A stretch of 64,000 nt of DNA from NCBI GenBank assembly GCA_963666345.1, contig OY762721.1, positions 608,001-672,000 of the forward strand, in the 5' to 3' direction. Below, piece after piece: positions 31,604 through 42,421 of this stretch (position 1 is its first letter; each line of letters starts with the position of its first letter). The stretch is from Desulfatiglandales bacterium. Lineage in GTDB: Bacteria > Desulfobacterota > DSM-4660 > Desulfatiglandales > Desulfatiglandaceae. The position numbers and the translations under genes were made by a program. The notes under the pieces are model-generated. The model was given only the letters and a program-made list of their open reading frames with translations. It did no database searches and had not been told where the DNA came from.

Positions 31604-33604
31604 ATGAAAAAGGCAATAAAGTGGATAATTATTGTTGGAGGAGCCCTCTGTGTACTAATTATCGCCTCTCTGCTCATAATACCGATGTTCGTGGACCTTG
31701 ATGACTACAAGCCTAAAATCGAAGCCAAGGCTTCCGAAGCAACCGGTCGCCCATTTAGAATCGGAGGTGACCTGGACCTCTCTCTTTTCCCCTGGGCGGG
31801 GATCTCTTTTACCGATCTGAGCCTTGGAAACCCGGAAGGTTTCAAAGAAAAGGAGTTTGTTTCTGTCAAGTCCTTCGAGGTAAGAGTTAAACTGCTTCCG
31901 CTCATAGCAAAAGACATTCAGGTCAAACGCTTTATCCTGGAAAAGCCCTCTGTGACCCTTATAAAAGCAAAGGGCAAAAAGGCCAACTGGGAAGGACTTG
32001 GCAAAACAAAGGGCAGAAAAGATGAAAAAAAGGCGGAAAAGGATGGCGGAAGGCTTGAACTGCCTATAAAATCCCTTGCCGTTGGGGAATTCGCCATCAA
32101 AGAAGGATCAATTACCTATCTGGACAAGATAAAAGGAGAGAAAAAGGAGATCACAAATATAACCCTTGTTCTCGATGACGTATCGCTGGACAAGGCGGTA
32201 AAAATTGATTTTTCCGCTCTTTTGGATGGCAAGTCTGTCTCGGTCAAGGGCAAGATCGGCCCGGTGGGAAAAGAGTTTGGGAAGGCCCCCCTTCCATTGG
32301 ATATCCTGCTGAGCGCCTTTGATGAGATCGAGGTGAAGCTGAAAGGCAAGGTCCTATCACCGACCTCTACCCCCGGGGTTGAGCTTGACCTTCAGGTCGC
32401 TTCTTTTTCACCCCGCAGCCTGATAAAACATTTCGGACAGGACTTTCCCTTCAAAACCAAAGACCCCGAGGCGTTAGGCAAGGTCGGCCTTAAGTGTTTC
32501 CTTAAGGGCACAGCCAAAGAGATAACTGTCTTGAACGGCGAATTAGGCCTGGATGAATCAACACTGAAGTTTTCAGCCGGAGTGAAGGATTTTAAAAAAC
32601 CTGATCTTGCTTTTGATCTGAACCTCGACAAGATAGATCTGGATCGTTATATGCCGCCGCCGACAGAAAAAACAGCTGAACCGGAGAAGACAAAAAAAGG
32701 CAATGCAGCCTCAGGCAAAATCGATTACGGGCCTGCAAGGAAGTTATTACTGGACGGCAAAATCAGAATAGGAGAAATCAGGGTCAGCGGGGCAAAGCTG
32801 GAAGACTTCAATATGCACATAAAAGGAAAAGGCGGCCTTTTCACGGTTGATCCATTTTCCCTGAAACTGTACCAGGGCGATTTGAAGGCGAAGGCGGTCT
32901 CGGATCTGAGAAAGGCCGTACCGGTTAACACATTGACCTACAAGGCCAAAGGGATAAAGGCAGGGCCATTGCTGCAGGATCTTCTAAAAAAGGATTTTAT
33001 CGATGGGACGGCCCTGGCTGAGGGCTCATTGAAAATGACGGGAGACACCCCTGACAATATCAAAAAGAGCCTGAACGGCAGAGGAAAAATAACCTTCAAG
33101 GAGGGCGCGATAAAGGGAATAGACCTCGCCGGAATGGTCAGGAACGTCAAAGCGACCTTTGGTATGGCCGAAAAGGGGGCGGAAAAGCCTAAAACCGATT
33201 TTTCCGAACTTAACTCACCCTTCACGATAACCGGTGGCGTGGTAAATACAGACGACACATCTCTTAAATCACCCCTTATCAGGGTCCTTGCCAAAGGCAA
33301 GGCAAATCTGGTAAGCGAGGAACTCGATTTCCGGATTGAGCCCAAATTTGTTGCCACCCTGAAGGGCCAGGGAGATGAAAAGGCCCGATCAGGCCTGAGT
33401 GTTCCCATACTGGTATCCGGGACCTTCAATAAGCCCAAATTCCGCCCCGATCTGAAAGGGATGCTCAAAGGAGTTATGGAAGGCGGAGTACCAAAGCAGT
33501 CGGATCTAAGGCAGGTCATCCCGGGAGGCATAACAGATAAAGATGAAAAGGGCTCCGAGGGGGCAGGCGGCATTATGAAATCACTGCCCTTCGGTCAGAA
33601 GTAA
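31604..33604 (+). CDS. AsmA family protein
   Basis: N-terminal TM, GDLDLSLFPW, IDLDRY, GAIKGIDL, GTFNKP. Confidence 0.88.
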   Translation: MKKAIKWIIIVGGALCVLIIASLLIIPMFVDLDDYKPKIEAKASEATGRPFRIGGDLDLSLFPWAGISFTDLSLGNPEGFKEKEFVSVKSFEVRVKLLPLIAKDIQVKRFILEKPSVTLIKAKGKKANWEGLGKTKGRKDEKKAEKDGGRLELPIKSLAVGEFAIKEGSITYLDKIKGEKKEITNITLVLDDVSLDKAVKIDFSALLDGKSVSVKGKIGPVGKEFGKAPLPLDILLSAFDEIEVKLKGKVLSPTSTPGVELDLQVASFSPRSLIKHFGQDFPFKTKDPEALGKVGLKCFLKGTAKEITVLNGELGLDESTLKFSAGVKDFKKPDLAFDLNLDKIDLDRYMPPPTEKTAEPEKTKKGNAASGKIDYGPARKLLLDGKIRIGEIRVSGAKLEDFNMHIKGKGGLFTVDPFSLKLYQGDLKAKAVSDLRKAVPVNTLTYKAKGIKAGPLLQDLLKKDFIDGTALAEGSLKMTGDTPDNIKKSLNGRGKITFKEGAIKGIDLAGMVRNVKATFGMAEKGAEKPKTDFSELNSPFTITGGVVNTDDTSLKSPLIRVLAKGKANLVSEELDFRIEPKFVATLKGQGDEKARSGLSVPILVSGTFNKPKFRPDLKGMLKGVMEGGVPKQSDLRQVIPGGITDKDEKGSEGAGGIMKSLPFGQK

Positions 33605-33667
33605 GCCGCCGGACAGGCAATAGAGGCACATTTTTCTTGGAATTTTCAAACTCCAAAGGAGCGTCTA

Positions 33668-34183
33668 ATGACTAAAGACAAGGGCCTTATTCATGCCTTA
33701 TTTTTTCTGATTTCCATTCTGTTTTTCCCTGGAACGGCCCTCCCGCTGATGTACAGCAATCAGGTTGAATCTCTCAGAGACTTGAACGGCATATACGTAC
33801 TGGCTGAGGGGATAGAGAGGGAAGTCGAAAAAAATGGGCTCTCAAATCACATTCTGGCGAGGGAAGTGGGCAAAAGGCTTAAGGCACGGGGGGTAAAGGT
33901 CCTTTCAAGGGAGAAATGGCTTGATACCAGTGGCAGCCCCTACCTTTATCTGAACGCAAACATACTAAAACTCAAGGAAAGCGGTGAATATATTTATTCC
34001 ATAAACATTTCATTCAAGCAAAATGTTTATACCGCCAGGGCCCCTGTAGAGATAATAGGAGCCGCCACATGGACCACCGGGGGTATAGTGGGAATAACCT
34101 CCAGGCTTGAGAACATACATCGGCTGGTTCTGGAAAAGGCGGAAGAATTCATTGATGCATATCTACTGGTAAATCCCGGATGA
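33668..34183 (+). CDS. Hypothetical exported protein
   Basis: AAGGAG RBS, signal-peptide-like N-terminus, 171 aa. Confidence 0.7.
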   Translation: MTKDKGLIHALFFLISILFFPGTALPLMYSNQVESLRDLNGIYVLAEGIEREVEKNGLSNHILAREVGKRLKARGVKVLSREKWLDTSGSPYLYLNANILKLKESGEYIYSINISFKQNVYTARAPVEIIGAATWTTGGIVGITSRLENIHRLVLEKAEEFIDAYLLVNPG

Positions 34184-34200
34184 AAGGCCTGCCGACCTGT

Positions 34201-35838
34201 TTACTCTTCGTTAAAACTCACTAGAGACTGGTCATAATCAGGCACTTTTTCATATCCCAGGAGATTCAAAAGGGTGGAGGCCACATTCGTTAGCCCGGGT
34301 CTTTTCAGCTTTCGCATGACATACTCGCCCCTGTAGGATGGGTCATAAATAGCAAAAGGGACCGGGTTGAGGGAATGAGCCGTCTTGGTCTGTTTGTGCC
34401 GTCCATCCTTTAAGGTGTACATTTCCTCTGAGTTGCCGTGATCCGCCGTTATTACCGCTATACCGCCTATCTCCTCTACCACTTCAAGAAGTTCACCGAC
34501 ACACAGATCCACCGTTTCAATAGCAGTGACAGCAGCCTTCAATACTCCCGTATGCCCCACCATGTCTCCATTAGGAAAATTCAAACGACCGAACCTGTAA
34601 TTCCCGGCCCTTAGCATCTCGATAGTCCTGTCCTTTATCTCGAAGGCCTTCATCCTGGGAGCCTTGTCAAATTCTATTCTGTCCGAGGGTATTTCCACAT
34701 ATCTTTCCAGAGAAGCATCGAGATATCCGGAACGGTTTCCGTTCCAGAAATATGTGACATGTCCGAATTTCTGGGTCTCTGATATTGCAAACGATTTTAC
34801 CCCTTCAGCACAAAGATATTCACCTATGGTCCGGTCTATGGAAGGAGGCGCCACGAGATAATTGGGAGGGATATGGGTGTCGCCGTCATATTCCATGATA
34901 CCCGCATAGATAATATCAGGAAGGGCCCCCCGCTCAAACGAATCAAAATCATCTTCAGTGAATGCACGTGAAATCTCTATGGCCCTGTCTCCCCTGAAAT
35001 TAAAACAGATAACCACATCCCCGTCTTTTATGGCACCGACAGGTTTACCATATTCGTCAACAACAACAAAGGAATCCATATATTGATCGGTCATGGAATG
35101 ATTCTCATCGTAAAAGGTCCGAATCGCCTCGTGCGCCGATCTGAACCGTCTTCCTTCCCCGTTTACGTGGGCGTCCCAACCCCTCTTCACTATCGACCAA
35201 TCCGCATTGTAGCGATCCATGGTTACCTTCATCCTGCCTCCTCCGGAGGCGATGCAGTAATCGAACCCCTTTTCTTCCGAGATACGAGAAAGCCTTTGTT
35301 CGGTTGGAATTACATAGCTCAACGCGGATTTTTCCCCCACGTCCCTTCCGTCAAGCAATGCATGAACTCGCAGGTTTTCAATCCCTGATTCGACACACCT
35401 TTCAATTATCCTGTAAAGATGATCAATGTGTGAATGCACGTTTCCATCAGAGAGCAACCCCAACAAATGGATGGCCCCCCCGGCTCTACCCCTTTTCACG
35501 ATACGGGCCCAGAGGTCGGTTTTAAATATATCTCCATTTTCAATCGCCCTGTTTACCAGCCGGGCGCCCTGATCAAAAACCCTTCCGGAACCAAGCGCGT
35601 TATGTCCTACTTCGCTGTTTCCCATATCCTTGTCTGAAGGAAGACCTACAGCGATGCCGTGCGCCTGAAGCTCACAATAAAGATCAGAGGAAAAGAGCCT
35701 GTCAAGATTAGGTGTCTTTGCCAAAAAGACGGCATTTGACCCGTCCGGTCTTCCAATCCCTACACCATCCATTATAATGAGAAGCAACGGACCCTTCCTT
35801 CCTGAAAAACCTTTCATTTTCTCAAGCCCCAAAGCCAT
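34201..35838 (-). CDS. gpmI: 2,3-bisphosphoglycerate-independent phosphoglycerate mutase
   Basis: MDGVG, MGNSEVGH, DGRD, NFRGDR, NGDMVGHTG, ADHGN. Confidence 0.95.
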   Translation of the reverse strand: MALGLEKMKGFSGRKGPLLLIIMDGVGIGRPDGSNAVFLAKTPNLDRLFSSDLYCELQAHGIAVGLPSDKDMGNSEVGHNALGSGRVFDQGARLVNRAIENGDIFKTDLWARIVKRGRAGGAIHLLGLLSDGNVHSHIDHLYRIIERCVESGIENLRVHALLDGRDVGEKSALSYVIPTEQRLSRISEEKGFDYCIASGGGRMKVTMDRYNADWSIVKRGWDAHVNGEGRRFRSAHEAIRTFYDENHSMTDQYMDSFVVVDEYGKPVGAIKDGDVVICFNFRGDRAIEISRAFTEDDFDSFERGALPDIIYAGIMEYDGDTHIPPNYLVAPPSIDRTIGEYLCAEGVKSFAISETQKFGHVTYFWNGNRSGYLDASLERYVEIPSDRIEFDKAPRMKAFEIKDRTIEMLRAGNYRFGRLNFPNGDMVGHTGVLKAAVTAIETVDLCVGELLEVVEEIGGIAVITADHGNSEEMYTLKDGRHKQTKTAHSLNPVPFAIYDPSYRGEYVMRKLKRPGLTNVASTLLNLLGYEKVPDYDQSLVSFNEE

Positions 35839-36207
35839 CTGACATATTCCCCTCTCTGTTTTAGAACCAAACGGAATTTCAATACGTCTATTTAATGCTC
35901 CTATTTCTTACTACATGAGTATAAACAGTAATCCCGCCATGTCCAGTTCTTCCTTTGCTTTCCCTTAAGATGCTCCCGGATAAAACCATTGAAAAGCAAC
36001 CCTTTCTTAAAGTATAAATGTTATTATTTTTGGATAATCTCAAGATCAATTAAAATTCATCAGGCAAAAGAAGTGGAACACAAATGAGAATTTTTCACCT
36101 CTTTGATCCTTGGCTCCTTTTTTCTGAATTGCAGGAGCTTCATACTTATAAATCAGGCGATTTTAAGCTCATTTATATGCCTGCGCATATCTAAATTTGG
36201 AAGGAAC

Positions 36208-37923
36208 ATGAAAATGCCTCACAAGGTTGTTGTAATAGGCGCTGTTGCGCTTGGCCCGAAGGCCGCATGCAGAATAAAAAGGCTCGAACCCGACGCGGAA
36301 GTTATAATGATTGATAAAGGAGACCTCATATCTTACGGGGGTTGCGGCATACCCTACTATGTGTCCGGGGATGTCAGTGAGCCGGATCAACTCCAATCAA
36401 CAAGCTTTCATATGCTCAGGGACAGAAAATTCTTCCTTCAGGCCAAGAACATCGACGTAAAAACGAATACCGAGGCCGTTTTAATTGATCGTAAAAACAG
36501 GACCGTACTGACGAAAAATCTTGGCAGCGGTGAGAAAAACGAAATATCCTATGATCACCTCGTTATAGGAACCGGCAGTATTCCAAGGCGGCTTGATATC
36601 CCCGGATCGGACCTGGAGGGTGTCTATCATGTCTCCAGCCTGGATGATGCCATTATGATAAAAAGCGACATAGCAGGGGGCAAGGTCGAGGATGCCGTTG
36701 TCATAGGTGCGGGCGCAATAGGGCTTGAGATGGCCGAAGCGCTCTCCGACCTTTGGGGTATTGAGACATCGGTGGTGGAGATAACAGACCAGATTCTTCC
36801 AGGTATTGTATCGCCGAACATGGCCAGGATGGGGCAATGCCACATGGAGCAAAATGGCATAGCCTTTTATCTGGGGCAGAGCGTCGAGGCTATCAAAGGC
36901 AAGGGCAGGGTGACCCAGGTAGTTACCGACAAGAGCACACTCAAGGCCGATCTTGTTATAGTCGCTGTAGGAGTTATCCCGAACTCAGATCTGGCAAACA
37001 ATGCCGGCCTTGAGATATCACCTTCAGGTGCAATAGTTGTGAACAAACATCTCCAGACCTCCGATCCTTTGATTTACGCCGGTGGAGACTGCGTGGAGAT
37101 CACCAACCTCATAACCGGAAAGCCGGGCTACTGGCCTCTCGGCTCCCTTGCAAACAGGCAGGGAAGAGTAATAGGAACAAATATCTGCGGTAAAAAGGCC
37201 CAATTTGACGGAGCAGTAGGCAGTTTTACCGTAAAACTCTTTGATATCTCTATCGGTTGCGCCGGTTTGAGCCTGCAAACAGCTAAAAAGCGGGGATATG
37301 ATGCTGTAAGCGCATTTGTGGTACAGTTTGACCGTGCACATTTCTACCCTGAAAAAGAACTCTTGTACCTTGAGCTTGTAGTGGAAAAAAACAGCAGCAT
37401 GGTTCTGGGAATCCAGGGCTTTGGAGGAAAAGAAAGCGGGGTGCTGTCAAGGGTGTCCGCCGTAGCCGCCATGCTCAGATATGGGCCTACCGCCTCGGAT
37501 ATAGGCACACTCGAACTTCCCTATTCCCCGCCGTTTTCATCTGCAATGGATGTAGTAAACGCCCTCGGGAACACGGCTGAAAACATCCTTGCCGGCAGGA
37601 ACAGGGTAATAGAAATGGACGACTTCTACGAATTGTGGAAATCGAGGGGATCCGACGGCACCCTTTTTCTTGACTGCAGGGGATGGGGAAATGCCCGGCC
37701 ATTTGTCGAAAAATATCCCGAGTGCTGGAAAAGCGTGCCACAGGACGAGCTTAGGGACCGGATGGATGAAATACCGCGGGATAAGCAATTGGTTTTGATC
37801 TGCAATACCGGTGTCAGGTCCTTTGAGGCACAGATCACACTTGATAAGGAAGGGATCAAAGATACCTACAACCTTCAGGGTGGTATTGCCGCCCTTAAAA
37901 AATGGGGGCTTGACCTGCCCTAG
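36208..37923 (+). CDS. CoA-disulfide/persulfide reductase with C-terminal rhodanese domain (Npsr-like)
   Basis: SYGGCGIPYY redox Cys, GAGAIG NAD site, YSPPFS, rhodanese CNTGVRS. Start 36208 or 36214. Confidence 0.88.
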   Translation: MKMPHKVVVIGAVALGPKAACRIKRLEPDAEVIMIDKGDLISYGGCGIPYYVSGDVSEPDQLQSTSFHMLRDRKFFLQAKNIDVKTNTEAVLIDRKNRTVLTKNLGSGEKNEISYDHLVIGTGSIPRRLDIPGSDLEGVYHVSSLDDAIMIKSDIAGGKVEDAVVIGAGAIGLEMAEALSDLWGIETSVVEITDQILPGIVSPNMARMGQCHMEQNGIAFYLGQSVEAIKGKGRVTQVVTDKSTLKADLVIVAVGVIPNSDLANNAGLEISPSGAIVVNKHLQTSDPLIYAGGDCVEITNLITGKPGYWPLGSLANRQGRVIGTNICGKKAQFDGAVGSFTVKLFDISIGCAGLSLQTAKKRGYDAVSAFVVQFDRAHFYPEKELLYLELVVEKNSSMVLGIQGFGGKESGVLSRVSAVAAMLRYGPTASDIGTLELPYSPPFSSAMDVVNALGNTAENILAGRNRVIEMDDFYELWKSRGSDGTLFLDCRGWGNARPFVEKYPECWKSVPQDELRDRMDEIPRDKQLVLICNTGVRSFEAQITLDKEGIKDTYNLQGGIAALKKWGLDLP

Positions 37924-37951
37924 CCATCTTATTGCATATTATACGGTGATC

Positions 37952-38737
37952 ATGAAAGATTTTACACTGAGCGCATATGAGAGGTACCTGAAGGAGATAA
38001 AACGTTCCTTTTCTCTTGTCTTGAGATTCGATGAATTTCTGCAAAAACAGGTTCCTCCTCAAAGTTTTTGTATAATTCGACATGATGTCGACCGAAGGCC
38101 CGGAAACGCCCTTTTGATGGCTGAGATTGAAAAAAGATTGGCAGTCAGATCAACCTACTATTTCAGGGTCAAACATCACGCCTTTAAACCTGATATAATA
38201 CGCCGGATCTCTGAGATGGGTCACGAAGTGGGATACCATTATGAATGCCTTACAGATTCAAGGGGAGATGTCAGGGCCGCTTTGAAAGATTTCGAGATAA
38301 AGCTCCTCACATTAAGGGAGATAGCCCCGGTCAATACGATATCAATGCATGGCAGTCCCCTGAGCCGATTTGACAACAGAGATCTCTGGCGAGACGGAAA
38401 AAACCATGACCTGCTCCTGCAAAAACACTCTATCCTGGGGGAGATATACCTGGATATAGACTACTCTGAAATCGCTTATATAAGCGACACGGGACGCAAC
38501 TGGTCCCGTGAAAGATCAAACATCAGAGACCGGGTTGAATCCGGCCTGAATCCGGACTTTGCCGATGGTGAAGGACTTCTGGATTATCTCAAAGCCCGTC
38601 CCCACCCCAGGATAATCATGCTGTTTCATCCCGAACGATGGAACGAAAGGGCGCTTGATCGCGGTATATCCTATTTTTTTGACCTTGCGGTAAACTCCTG
38701 CAAGCAGCTACGAAATCTTGCACTCCACACGAAGTAA
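37952..38737 (+). CDS. Polysaccharide deacetylase-like protein
   Basis: IRHDVD, STYYFR, HEVGYHYE, MHG, FHPERW, typical of glycan-locus CE4-like proteins. Confidence 0.65.
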   Translation: MKDFTLSAYERYLKEIKRSFSLVLRFDEFLQKQVPPQSFCIIRHDVDRRPGNALLMAEIEKRLAVRSTYYFRVKHHAFKPDIIRRISEMGHEVGYHYECLTDSRGDVRAALKDFEIKLLTLREIAPVNTISMHGSPLSRFDNRDLWRDGKNHDLLLQKHSILGEIYLDIDYSEIAYISDTGRNWSRERSNIRDRVESGLNPDFADGEGLLDYLKARPHPRIIMLFHPERWNERALDRGISYFFDLAVNSCKQLRNLALHTK

Positions 38738-38752
38738 AAACAAAGAAGACAG

Positions 38753-39871
38753 ATGGATAAACATTCAATTGAATACAGGGACTTCCGGCCGGGGGATGAG
38801 AATGCTATAGACGACTTATATCACCGGATTTTCCGTAAGACCCGTGATCTTGAACAGTGGAAATGGGAATTTCTAAACACCCCTGAAGGAAAATCCATAA
38901 TACGAATAATCGAGGATGGCGGAAAGGTTATAGGCCATATTGCATTGATTCCCATGCGATTTTCATTCTTCGGCACTGATATTATCGTCGGAAAATCGGA
39001 AGATTCGAGCCTTCTAGCTGAATATAGGGGTAAAAGGCTTTTCGGCAAACTTGAGAAGAGCTGTTTTGACAGCGCCTCTGAAAAAGGTTTTTCAATCGCC
39101 TATAGTATTTCAAGAACCGCCAGAGAGGTCCATCTCAAGGCAGGGTATCATCCGCTTTCCCCGCTCAAGGGATATTTCATTTCTATTGAACACGACTTTG
39201 TGGCTGAAGAACTGTCTAAATTTTTCCATTTGAGAAAACCAGGCAAGGCGCTCCTTAAGGCGACGCTCAAAATCCTTTCAAAAAAATTTGAAAAGGAATC
39301 AAAGTCAAGAGTTGAAGGGATAAAAGATATCTCAATCGAAAAGATAGAGAGGTTTGACGACAGGGCTGATGAGCTGTTTGACAGATTCGTCGGCAGGCAT
39401 GATGTGATAACGGTAAAGCGCTCTGAATCCTATCTGAACTGGCGCTTTGTTGACAATCCCAATCATGATTATGATATATATATGGCACTGCATGAAAATG
39501 CCCCTGCAGGGTATATTATAACCACAGCGGTAAAGCGCAAAGAGGATTTCAATTGTGATCTGCTGATAGGGTTGATATCCGATTTTCTTGTGCTTGAAGA
39601 GTACAAAGAAGCCCTGCCGCTCCTTTTTGATAAGGCGGTGGAGAGCTGGCATCGCAGAAGGTGCGACTGTGTTATCAATTGGATTCAAAAGGATGGAATC
39701 CTTTCAGATTCGATGTTAAAACAGTTGAGGCGCTTCGGTTTTTTGCCGATGATGGGGAAGTTCAGCATCCCCATATCGGTTCGTCCCCTGAACGAGGATA
39801 TGTCTCTTCAAGGCATTATTGATCAAAAAAATTGGTTTATAACACTTGCCATGTCCGGGAGATGGGCGTAG
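38753..39871 (+). CDS. GNAT family N-acyltransferase (tandem GNAT folds)
   Basis: EYRGKRLF acetyl-CoA motif A, RSESYLNWRF..NP. Confidence 0.78.
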   Translation: MDKHSIEYRDFRPGDENAIDDLYHRIFRKTRDLEQWKWEFLNTPEGKSIIRIIEDGGKVIGHIALIPMRFSFFGTDIIVGKSEDSSLLAEYRGKRLFGKLEKSCFDSASEKGFSIAYSISRTAREVHLKAGYHPLSPLKGYFISIEHDFVAEELSKFFHLRKPGKALLKATLKILSKKFEKESKSRVEGIKDISIEKIERFDDRADELFDRFVGRHDVITVKRSESYLNWRFVDNPNHDYDIYMALHENAPAGYIITTAVKRKEDFNCDLLIGLISDFLVLEEYKEALPLLFDKAVESWHRRRCDCVINWIQKDGILSDSMLKQLRRFGFLPMMGKFSIPISVRPLNEDMSLQGIIDQKNWFITLAMSGRWA

Positions 39872-39946
39872 CAGATTGCCGGGACTAACTTATACCTGAT
39901 ACTGGGTTTTCATCATTTACAGTATTTGATTTTTCACAGACAGCAG

Positions 39947-40525
39947 ATGCCGGAGATGGAAACAAGAAAAGAGAAAACCGAAAGGAACTTCGACAGAGTG
40001 AAGGGCCTGTTTTCATGGCTCAAGATATTCTATTCAAAGGCAAAAGGCATAAAGCTCATTTATCAACTTTATTATTTCGCACCGCAGAAAATCCTGCGAA
40101 TAAACGGCCGTGTGCCCTGGCCTGTTCACTTCACATCAAGAGTCCTCTACCATGAAAAAATAAGTCTGGGTAATCGCTCGGCACCTGGAATGAGTTCCAA
40201 TTGCTATATCCAGGCGAGAAATGGTATTGAAATCGGACACAATCTCAGGATGGGCCCTGGGGTGGGCCTAATAAGCTCAAACCACCATATAGACGACTAT
40301 GACATATGGCCGGAAACGGGGCCGATAAGGATCGGCGACAACGTCTGGATCGGCATGAATTCGATAGTCCTGCCGGGAATAAAAATCGGAGACAATGTTG
40401 TAATCGCCTCGGGTTCAGTGGTTAACAGCGATATCGCCTCGAATTCTATCGCAGGTGGCAACCCCTGTAAGATCATAAAAGAAAAAAGACCCTATCAAGG
40501 AAAAGACTACAGCATAATAGAATGA
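39947..40525 (+). CDS. Hexapeptide-repeat (LbH) O-acyltransferase
   Basis: IRIGDNVWIG, IKIGDNVVIASGSVV, GGNPCK. Start uncertain. Confidence 0.85.
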   Translation: MPEMETRKEKTERNFDRVKGLFSWLKIFYSKAKGIKLIYQLYYFAPQKILRINGRVPWPVHFTSRVLYHEKISLGNRSAPGMSSNCYIQARNGIEIGHNLRMGPGVGLISSNHHIDDYDIWPETGPIRIGDNVWIGMNSIVLPGIKIGDNVVIASGSVVNSDIASNSIAGGNPCKIIKEKRPYQGKDYSIIE

Positions 40526-41412
40526 TTTCATGGCACAAATACTTTGTATATCTATCGCTTTTTTTCCTGGCTGTCTTTCTTTTTAAGACAGATTATCTCA
40601 AGATTCCTGCCGTAATATCACCTCAATACCTGATCCTCTCATTCCTTTTTCTTTTTTCCGGTTTTATCGGCAATGCCTTTTCCTGGCACCGACTGCTCAA
40701 GGCGTCAAAAAACCCGGTATCCATAAAAGTCTGCATCTCATCGGTGGGATTGTCCATTTTCGGCAAATATATACCTGGAAAATTCTGGCTCATAATGGGA
40801 AGGGCTGCGCACGTAGCTGAGAACTCCGCTTATTCGCTAGGCAGGGTATCGGCCCTTTCTCTAAACGCCCAGTTCATATCCCTGTGGTTTGGTCTGGTTT
40901 TGGGAACATTCGGCCTTTTCATACTGGGAGGGCTGTATCTTTGGGGATGGATCATCCTTGTCCTGTGGCTTGTACTGACAGCCGTTGTCTTTAGCAGCTT
41001 TTTTAACAATGCAGGTGAAAAATTTCTGAGTTTTATCCTCAAAAAAGAGATTGCGATCCCCAAACTGACCTTGATGGAAACCATTACCGTGGCTCCATGG
41101 TTTGCGATTTCATGGCTCTTATGGGCGGCAGGATTCTATTTTTTCGTCTGCGCCCTTTCCCTTTCAGGCATGCCGATCAGCGTCGGTCTTGGTTTCCCCT
41201 TGGCAGGCACATTGGGAATAATGGCGGTTTTTGCGCCCGGCGGACTGGGGGCGAGAGAAGGAGTTGCGGCAGCTTACCTCTGCCTGGCAGGGTTGGGTCT
41301 ACAAGAAGCGACAACCATCGCAGTAGCCTCAAGGGCATGGTTTCTCTCTGGGGAGGCCTTCATCTTCCTCCTGGGGTGGTTTTCAAAAAAGGCGCACAGA
41401 AAAATCCAATAA
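40522..41412 (+). CDS. UPF0104 / LPG-synthase TM domain flippase-like membrane protein
   Basis: About 8 TM segments, GKYIPGK, PGGLGARE. Confidence 0.8.
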   Translation: MISWHKYFVYLSLFFLAVFLFKTDYLKIPAVISPQYLILSFLFLFSGFIGNAFSWHRLLKASKNPVSIKVCISSVGLSIFGKYIPGKFWLIMGRAAHVAENSAYSLGRVSALSLNAQFISLWFGLVLGTFGLFILGGLYLWGWIILVLWLVLTAVVFSSFFNNAGEKFLSFILKKEIAIPKLTLMETITVAPWFAISWLLWAAGFYFFVCALSLSGMPISVGLGFPLAGTLGIMAVFAPGGLGAREGVAAAYLCLAGLGLQEATTIAVASRAWFLSGEAFIFLLGWFSKKAHRKIQ

Positions 41413-41420
41413 TTGATCTG

Positions 41421-42368
41421 CTATTTTAGATTTTTGTTGTATTCCATATCAAACCACATGCTGAAAAAAAGCGTCTGAAGACCGCTTATCAATGTAAAGA
41501 CAAGGGCCATCGCATTTATGTCAGGGATATCGCCGATGGTTGCCCATATGAAAAAAAACCTTATTGCAAGAGGCATACTCAGTCCAAGAAGCAAAAAAGA
41601 GAGGACATAGAAAAATATAAGCGGGTGGAAATCCTTTATGACATATTTATAAAAAAGCCTTTTCCAGAAACCCTTGAACAAAATCCAGCTTATCGTGGGA
41701 ATTACCTTAAACAGCTTGATGCCTGACTTTTCTCCTACATTATAAACCGGCCTTATATGAACATCCCTGACACGAAAATCCTTTTCATTTAGTTTTATCA
41801 GGATATCATTCGGCATTCCATAGCGTTTGAATATCTTATCCAGATCAAGCCTTTTAAGGGCCAAAAGAGATACGGCGGTGTAGCCGCTCTGGGAATCGGC
41901 AATATGCCAGTAACCTGAAGCAATTTTTGTTAACAGGGACAGGAATGAATTACCCAGATACCTGTAATGAGGAATCATCTTCCAGGCCTCACCGTAAAAA
42001 AGGCGATTGCCCTTTGTATACTCAACCTCTCCCCTTGCAACAGGCTCAATTATAGGTACCAGATCCCTGGGATCCATCTGGGCGTCACCGGCCATTACCA
42101 CCGTGACATCCACTTCCATATCACGCGCCATTTTATAGCCCGTGACTATCGCCCCCCCGACACCTTGGTTTATCTCATGATCCAGATGCACCAGACGGCT
42201 CCGTTCGTTTGCCAATCTCTCCAGGATCTTAGAGGTCCTGTCACTGCTGGCATCATTAACGGCAATGATTTTGTCCACATAATCGGGGATCGAATCAATG
42301 GTTTTTTCAATGAGCTTTTCCTCATTGTGCGCCGGGATCACAACTGCAACTGTCTTTTCCATATACAT
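41421..42368 (-). CDS. GT2 glycosyltransferase, polyprenyl-phosphate sugar synthase-like
   Basis: VVIPAHNEE, VNDASSD, GDAQMDP, KGNR, DSQSGY, two C-terminal TM helices. Confidence 0.88.
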   Translation of the reverse strand: MYMEKTVAVVIPAHNEEKLIEKTIDSIPDYVDKIIAVNDASSDRTSKILERLANERSRLVHLDHEINQGVGGAIVTGYKMARDMEVDVTVVMAGDAQMDPRDLVPIIEPVARGEVEYTKGNRLFYGEAWKMIPHYRYLGNSFLSLLTKIASGYWHIADSQSGYTAVSLLALKRLDLDKIFKRYGMPNDILIKLNEKDFRVRDVHIRPVYNVGEKSGIKLFKVIPTISWILFKGFWKRLFYKYVIKDFHPLIFFYVLSFLLLGLSMPLAIRFFFIWATIGDIPDINAMALVFTLISGLQTLFFSMWFDMEYNKNLK

Positions 42369-42421
42369 GACACACCGCCATTAAACTGAACGTTTACAAG
42401 ATATTTTCTCTCTTATTTGAT

